Source of the DNA: Escherichia coli
Lineage (GTDB): Bacteria; Pseudomonadota; Gammaproteobacteria; Enterobacterales; Enterobacteriaceae
NCBI RefSeq assembly: GCF_011045215.1
Contig: NZ_CP049201.1
Reading direction: 5' to 3' (one strand)
Length of the DNA: 64,000 nucleotides
A program made the translations under genes and the position numbers. Of the stretch, positions 59,211 through 64,000 are shown piece by piece (the first letter of the stretch is position 1; each line of letters starts with the position of its first letter). Under the pieces are notes generated by a model. It was given only the letters and a program-made list of their open reading frames with translations. It did no database searches and was not told the DNA's origin.

Positions 59211-59405
59211 TTTCCACTCCTTGTGGTGGCGAAAAAATATCACAAACTAGAATAGCGCCTTGTATGACAATTCAGCGAGTGAATATTTTGAAAATTCAGA
59301 CAATAAACTGAGCATTCTTTTTCTCTCTCCATCATGCTTATGGCAAACTACGGTTTTTGCACCATTTTCGCTGCCACGTCGGGCAACAAAGGAAGAAAAA
59401 TCCAT

Positions 59406-61703
59406 ATGAAATGGCTATGTTCAGTAGGAATCGCGGTGAGTCTGGCCCTGCAGCCAGCACTGGCGGATGATTTATTCGGTAACCATCCATTAACGCCTGA
59501 AGCGCGGGATGCGTTCGTCACCGAACTGCTTAAGAAAATGACAGTTGATGAGAAAATTGGTCAGCTGCGCTTAATCAGCGTCGGCCCGGATAACCCGAAA
59601 GAGGCGATCCGCGAGATGATCAAAGACGGTCAGGTTGGGGCGATTTTCAACACCGTAACCCGTCAGGATATCCGCGCCATGCAGGATCAGGTGATGGAAT
59701 TAAGCCGCCTGAAAATTCCTCTTTTCTTTGCTTACGACGTGCTGCACGGTCAGCGCACGGTGTTCCCGATTAGCCTCGGTCTGGCCTCGTCTTTTAACCT
59801 CGATGCAGTGAAAACGGTCGGACGTGTCTCTGCTTATGAAGCGGCAGATGATGGCCTGAATATGACCTGGGCACCGATGGTCGATGTCTCGCGCGATCCG
59901 CGCTGGGGACGTGCTTCCGAAGGTTTTGGCGAAGATACGTATCTCACCTCAATAATGGGTAAAACCATGGTGGAAGCGATGCAGGGTAAAAGCCCGGCAG
60001 ATCGCTACTCGGTGATGACCAGCGTCAAACACTTTGCCGCATACGGTGCGGTAGAAGGCGGTAAAGAGTACAACACCGTCGATATGAGTCCGCAGCGCCT
60101 GTTTAATGATTATATGCCGCCGTACAAAGCGGGGCTGGACGCAGGCAGCGGCGCGGTGATGGTGGCGCTGAACTCGCTGAACGGCACGCCAGCCACCTCC
60201 GATTCCTGGCTGCTGAAAGATGTTCTGCGCGACCAGTGGGGTTTTAAAGGCATCACCGTTTCCGATCACGGTGCAATCAAAGAGCTGATTAAACATGGCA
60301 CGGCGGCAGACCCGGAAGATGCGGTGCGCGTGGCGCTGAAATCCGGAATCAACATGAGTATGAGCGACGAGTATTACTCGAAGTATCTGCCTGGGTTGAT
60401 CAAATCCGGCAAAGTGACGATGGAAGAGCTGGACGATGCTGCCCGCCATGTACTGAACGTTAAATATGATATGGGATTGTTTAACGACCCATACAGCCAT
60501 TTGGGGCCGAAAGAGTCTGACCCGGTGGATACCAATGCCGAAAGCCGCCTGCACCGCAAAGAAGCGCGTGAAGTGGCGCGCGAAAGCCTGGTGTTGCTGA
60601 AAAACCGTCTCGAAACGTTACCGCTGAAAAAATCCGCCACCATTGCGGTGGTTGGCCCGCTGGCGGACAGTAAACGTGACGTGATGGGCAGCTGGTCCGC
60701 AGCCGGTGTCGCCGATCAATCTGTTACTGTGCTAACAGGGATTAAAAATGCCGTCGGTGAAAACGGTAAAGTGCTGTATGCCAAAGGGGCGAACGTTACC
60801 AGTGACAAAGGCATTATCGATTTCCTGAATCAGTATGAAGAAGCGGTCAAAGTCGATCCGCGTTCGCCGCAAGAGATGATTGATGAAGCGGTGCAGACGG
60901 CGAAACAATCTGATGTGGTGGTGGCTGTGGTCGGTGAAGCTCAGGGGATGGCGCACGAAGCTTCCAGCCGTACCGATATTACTATTCCGCAAAGCCAACG
61001 TGACTTGATTGCGGCGCTGAAAGCCACCGGTAAACCGCTGGTGCTGGTGCTGATGAACGGGCGTCCGCTGGCGCTGGTGAAAGAAGATCAGCAGGCTGAT
61101 GCGATTCTGGAAACCTGGTTTGCGGGGACTGAAGGCGGTAATGCAATTGCCGATGTATTGTTTGGCGATTACAACCCGTCCGGCAAGCTGCCGATGTCCT
61201 TCCCGCGTTCTGTCGGGCAGATCCCGGTGTACTACAGCCATCTGAACACCGGTCGTCCGTATAATGCCGACAAGCCGAACAAATACACTTCGCGTTATTT
61301 TGATGAAGCTAACGGGGCGCTTTATCCGTTCGGCTATGGTCTGAGCTATACCACTTTCACCGTCTCTGATGTGAAACTTTCTGCGCCGACCATGAAGCGT
61401 GACGGCAAAGTGACGGCCAGCGTGCAGGTGACGAACACCGGTAAACGCGAAGGGGCCACGGTAGTGCAGATGTACTTGCAGGATGTGACGGCTTCCATGA
61501 GCCGTCCAGTGAAGCAGCTGAAAGGCTTTGAGAAAATCACCTTGAAGCCGGGCGAAACTCAGACCGTCAGCTTCCCGATTGATATCGAGGCGCTGAAGTT
61601 CTGGAATCAACAGATGAAATATGACGCCGAGCCTGGCAAGTTCAATGTCTTTATCGGCACTGATTCCGCACGCGTTAAGAAAGGCGAGTTTGAGTTGCTG
61701 TAA
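59406..61703 (+). CDS. bglX: Periplasmic beta-glucosidase BglX (GH3)
   Basis: ORF 59334..61703; start at MKWLCSVGIAVSLALQPALA (signal peptide), giving 765 aa; GH3 catalytic region (GFKGITVSD). Confidence 0.93.
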   Translation: MKWLCSVGIAVSLALQPALADDLFGNHPLTPEARDAFVTELLKKMTVDEKIGQLRLISVGPDNPKEAIREMIKDGQVGAIFNTVTRQDIRAMQDQVMELSRLKIPLFFAYDVLHGQRTVFPISLGLASSFNLDAVKTVGRVSAYEAADDGLNMTWAPMVDVSRDPRWGRASEGFGEDTYLTSIMGKTMVEAMQGKSPADRYSVMTSVKHFAAYGAVEGGKEYNTVDMSPQRLFNDYMPPYKAGLDAGSGAVMVALNSLNGTPATSDSWLLKDVLRDQWGFKGITVSDHGAIKELIKHGTAADPEDAVRVALKSGINMSMSDEYYSKYLPGLIKSGKVTMEELDDAARHVLNVKYDMGLFNDPYSHLGPKESDPVDTNAESRLHRKEAREVARESLVLLKNRLETLPLKKSATIAVVGPLADSKRDVMGSWSAAGVADQSVTVLTGIKNAVGENGKVLYAKGANVTSDKGIIDFLNQYEEAVKVDPRSPQEMIDEAVQTAKQSDVVVAVVGEAQGMAHEASSRTDITIPQSQRDLIAALKATGKPLVLVLMNGRPLALVKEDQQADAILETWFAGTEGGNAIADVLFGDYNPSGKLPMSFPRSVGQIPVYYSHLNTGRPYNADKPNKYTSRYFDEANGALYPFGYGLSYTTFTVSDVKLSAPTMKRDGKVTASVQVTNTGKREGATVVQMYLQDVTASMSRPVKQLKGFEKITLKPGETQTVSFPIDIEALKFWNQQMKYDAEPGKFNVFIGTDSARVKKGEFELL

Positions 61704-61777
61704 TGCTTTAGCAAGGGCGCGACGTTTGCGCCCTTTGCCTGATGTTCATATCTTAACTTGCTGAATTTTCGCCCTTT

Positions 61778-61815
61778 GTAGGCCGGATAAGGCGCTCGCG
61801 CCGCATCCGGCAGGA
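61778..61815. repeat. REP element between bglX and osmF
   Basis: gtaggccggataaggcgctcgcgccgcatccggcagg: canonical REP palindrome. Confidence 0.7.
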
Positions 61816-61954
61816 AACGCCGGACCGAATATGCCTCTTAAGTATTTATCTGATTCAGCAACTGAATCCGTCCGCTCAGGCTAACTCTGTCATTATCAAC
61901 TATGCTTTTCTCTTAATTCGCTGAAAACAACAGTAAAAGAATGAGGAAAGCATC

Positions 61955-62872
61955 ATGCCACTCTCAAAGGTCTGGGCAGGTTCACTGGTTATGTTGGCAG
62001 CCGTGAGCCTGCCGCTACAGGCAGCTTCTCCCGTTAAAGTCGGTTCAAAAATCGATACTGAAGGCGCGCTGCTCGGCAATATCATTTTGCAGGTACTGGA
62101 AAGCCACGGCGTACCGACGGTCAATAAAGTGCAACTCGGAACGACTCCTGTGGTGCGCGGGGCGATTACTTCCGGTGAACTGGATATCTATCCGGAATAT
62201 ACCGGTAATGGCGCTTTCTTCTTTAAAGATGAAAACGATGCGGCATGGAAAAACGCGCAGCAAGGTTACGAGAAAGTCAAAAAACTCGATGCAGAGCAAA
62301 ACAAGTTAATCTGGCTGACGCCCGCACCTGCAAATAACACCTGGACCATCGCCGTGCGTCAGGATGTGGCAGAGAAAAACAAACTCACTTCGCTTGCTGA
62401 CCTGAGTCGTTATCTGAAAGAGGGCGGCACCTTCAAACTGGCAGCCTCGGCAGAGTTTATCGAACGCGCCGATGCCTTACCCGCGTTTGAAAAAGCCTAT
62501 GGCTTTAAGCTCGGTCAGGATCAGTTGCTGTCACTGGCCGGCGGCGACACGGCGGTAACGATTAAAGCCGCTGCCCAACAAACATCCGGCGTTAATGCGG
62601 CGATGGCTTACGGTACCGACGGCCCGGTCGCGGCACTGGGGCTGCAAACCTTAAGCGATCCGCAAGGCGTGCAACCTATCTACGCGCCTGCGCCAGTGGT
62701 GCGTGAATCGGTGTTGAAGGAGTATCCGCAAATGGCACAGTGGCTACAGCCAGTCTTCGCCAGCCTCGATGAAAAGACGTTACAGCAACTGAATGCCAGT
62801 ATTGCCGTTGAAGGACTTGATGCCAAAAAAGTGGCTGCCGACTACCTGAAACAAAAAGGGTGGACGAAGTAA
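61955..62872 (+). CDS. osmF: Periplasmic glycine betaine-binding protein OsmF (YehZ)
   Basis: 305-aa ORF with signal peptide (MPLSKVWAGSLVMLAAVSLPLQAA); first gene of the osmF-yehYXW-type operon. Confidence 0.9.
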   Translation: MPLSKVWAGSLVMLAAVSLPLQAASPVKVGSKIDTEGALLGNIILQVLESHGVPTVNKVQLGTTPVVRGAITSGELDIYPEYTGNGAFFFKDENDAAWKNAQQGYEKVKKLDAEQNKLIWLTPAPANNTWTIAVRQDVAEKNKLTSLADLSRYLKEGGTFKLAASAEFIERADALPAFEKAYGFKLGQDQLLSLAGGDTAVTIKAAAQQTSGVNAAMAYGTDGPVAALGLQTLSDPQGVQPIYAPAPVVRESVLKEYPQMAQWLQPVFASLDEKTLQQLNASIAVEGLDAKKVAADYLKQKGWTK

Positions 62873-62878
62873 TTACCC

Positions 62879-64000
62879 GTGGCTTATTTCCGTATTAATC
62901 CTGTTCTGGCGCTGCTGCTGTTGCTGACGGCAATCGCAGCGGCGCTGCCGTTTATCAGTTACGCGCCTAATCGTTTAGTCTCGGGTGAGGGGCGTCATCT
63001 CTGGCAGCTGTGGCCGCAAACGATCTGGATGCTGGTGGGCATCGGTTGCGCCTGGCTGACAGCCTGTTTTATTCCCGCTAAAAAAGGCAGCATTTTTGCA
63101 CTCATTCTGGCGCAATTCGTCTTCGTATTGCTGGTGTGGGGAGCTGGAAAGGCGGCGACCCAACTGGCGCAAAATGGCAGTGCGCTGGCGCGTACCAGCC
63201 TCGGCAGTGGTTTCTGGCTGGCTGCGGCGCTGGCATTGCTGGCCTGTAGCGATGCCATCCGCCGAATCTCCACGCATCCGCTGTGGCGCTGGTTGTTGCA
63301 TATGCAGATTGCCATTATTCCGCTGTGGTTGCTGTACTCCGGTACGCTTAACGATCTCTCGCTAATGAAAGAATACGCTAACCGTCAGGATGTGTTTGAC
63401 GACGCGCTGGCACAACATCTGACGTTGCTATTTGGTGCGGTGCTGCCTGCGTTAGTGATTGGTGTGCCGTTGGGCATCTGGTGCTACTTTTCCACCGCGC
63501 GGCAGGGGGCGATTTTTTCTCTGCTCAATGTCATTCAGACCGTGCCTTCGGTGGCGCTATTTGGCCTGTTGATTGCGCCACTTGCCGCGCTGGTTACGGC
63601 CTTTCCGTGGCTCGGGAAGCTCGGCATAGCAGGAACCGGAATGACACCCGCACTGATTGCGCTGGTGCTCTATGCCTTGCTGCCGCTGGTGCGCGGCGTG
63701 GTAGTCGGCTTGAACCAGATCCCGCGCGATGTGCTGGAGAGCGCCAGAGCGATGGGCATGAGCGGGGCGCAGCGTTTCCTGCATGTTCAGTTACCACTGG
63801 CGTTACCGGTATTTCTGCGCAGCCTGCGGGTGGTAATGGTGCAAACTGTAGGCATGGCGGTGATTGCGGCGTTAATCGGCGCAGGCGGGTTTGGTGCGCT
63901 GGTTTTCCAGGGGCTGCTAAGCAGCGCCATTGATTTAGTGTTGCTGGGGGTGATCCCGGTAATTGTCCTGGCGGTGCTGATCGATGCGCTGTTCGATTTA
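62879..64000 (+). CDS. yehY: Osmoprotectant ABC transporter permease YehY; 5' portion, 3' end beyond window
   Basis: Frame open from a GTG at 62879 to the window end (374 codons); polytopic. ABC permease EAA-loop-like region (...[27 protein letters not shown]...). Start codon uncertain. Confidence 0.8.
   Translation, partial: MAYFRINPVLALLLLLTAIAAALPFISYAPNRLVSGEGRHLWQLWPQTIWMLVGIGCAWLTACFIPAKKGSIFALILAQFVFVLLVWGAGKAATQLAQNGSALARTSLGSGFWLAAALALLACSDAIRRISTHPLWRWLLHMQIAIIPLWLLYSGTLNDLSLMKEYANRQDVFDDALAQHLTLLFGAVLPALVIGVPLGIWCYFSTARQGAIFSLLNVIQTVPSVALFGLLIAPLAALVTAFPWLGKLGIAGTGMTPALIALVLYALLPLVRGVVVGLNQIPRDVLESARAMGMSGAQRFLHVQLPLALPVFLRSLRVVMVQTVGMAVIAALIGAGGFGALVFQGLLSSAIDLVLLGVIPVIVLAVLIDALFDL

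Overview
This window reads as conserved Escherichia coli chromosomal backbone, in reverse orientation relative to the K-12 MG1655 map, running from radD (yejH, truncated at the window start) to yehY (truncated at the window end). All identifications come from reading the supplied translations and sequence by eye and from memory of E. coli proteins; no database search was run. I see about 56 protein-coding genes with typical enterobacterial operons: yejABEF, fruBKA, psuKGT, rihB-nupX, mglBAC, preTA, yohJK and osmF-yehY. I found no IS element, integrase, prophage, CRISPR array, toxin-antitoxin or defence island, and no tRNA or rRNA gene, so I do not think the window contains a novel multi-gene system. 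The most notable anomaly is a roughly 1 kb internal deletion that fuses the 5' half of yejB out of frame to the 3' half of yejE, which should inactivate the YejABEF peptide/microcin C importer while yejA and yejF remain intact. Smaller observations: a 116-bp tandem BIME/REP array abutting the preA stop codon; a GC-rich palindrome cluster between dusC and yohP; an apparently intact mdtQ (from memory a pseudogene in K-12); a conserved palindromic leader motif shared by the paralogous transporters psuT and nupX; tandem direct repeats upstream of psuK; and the 27-codon yohP gene, which the ORF track misses.
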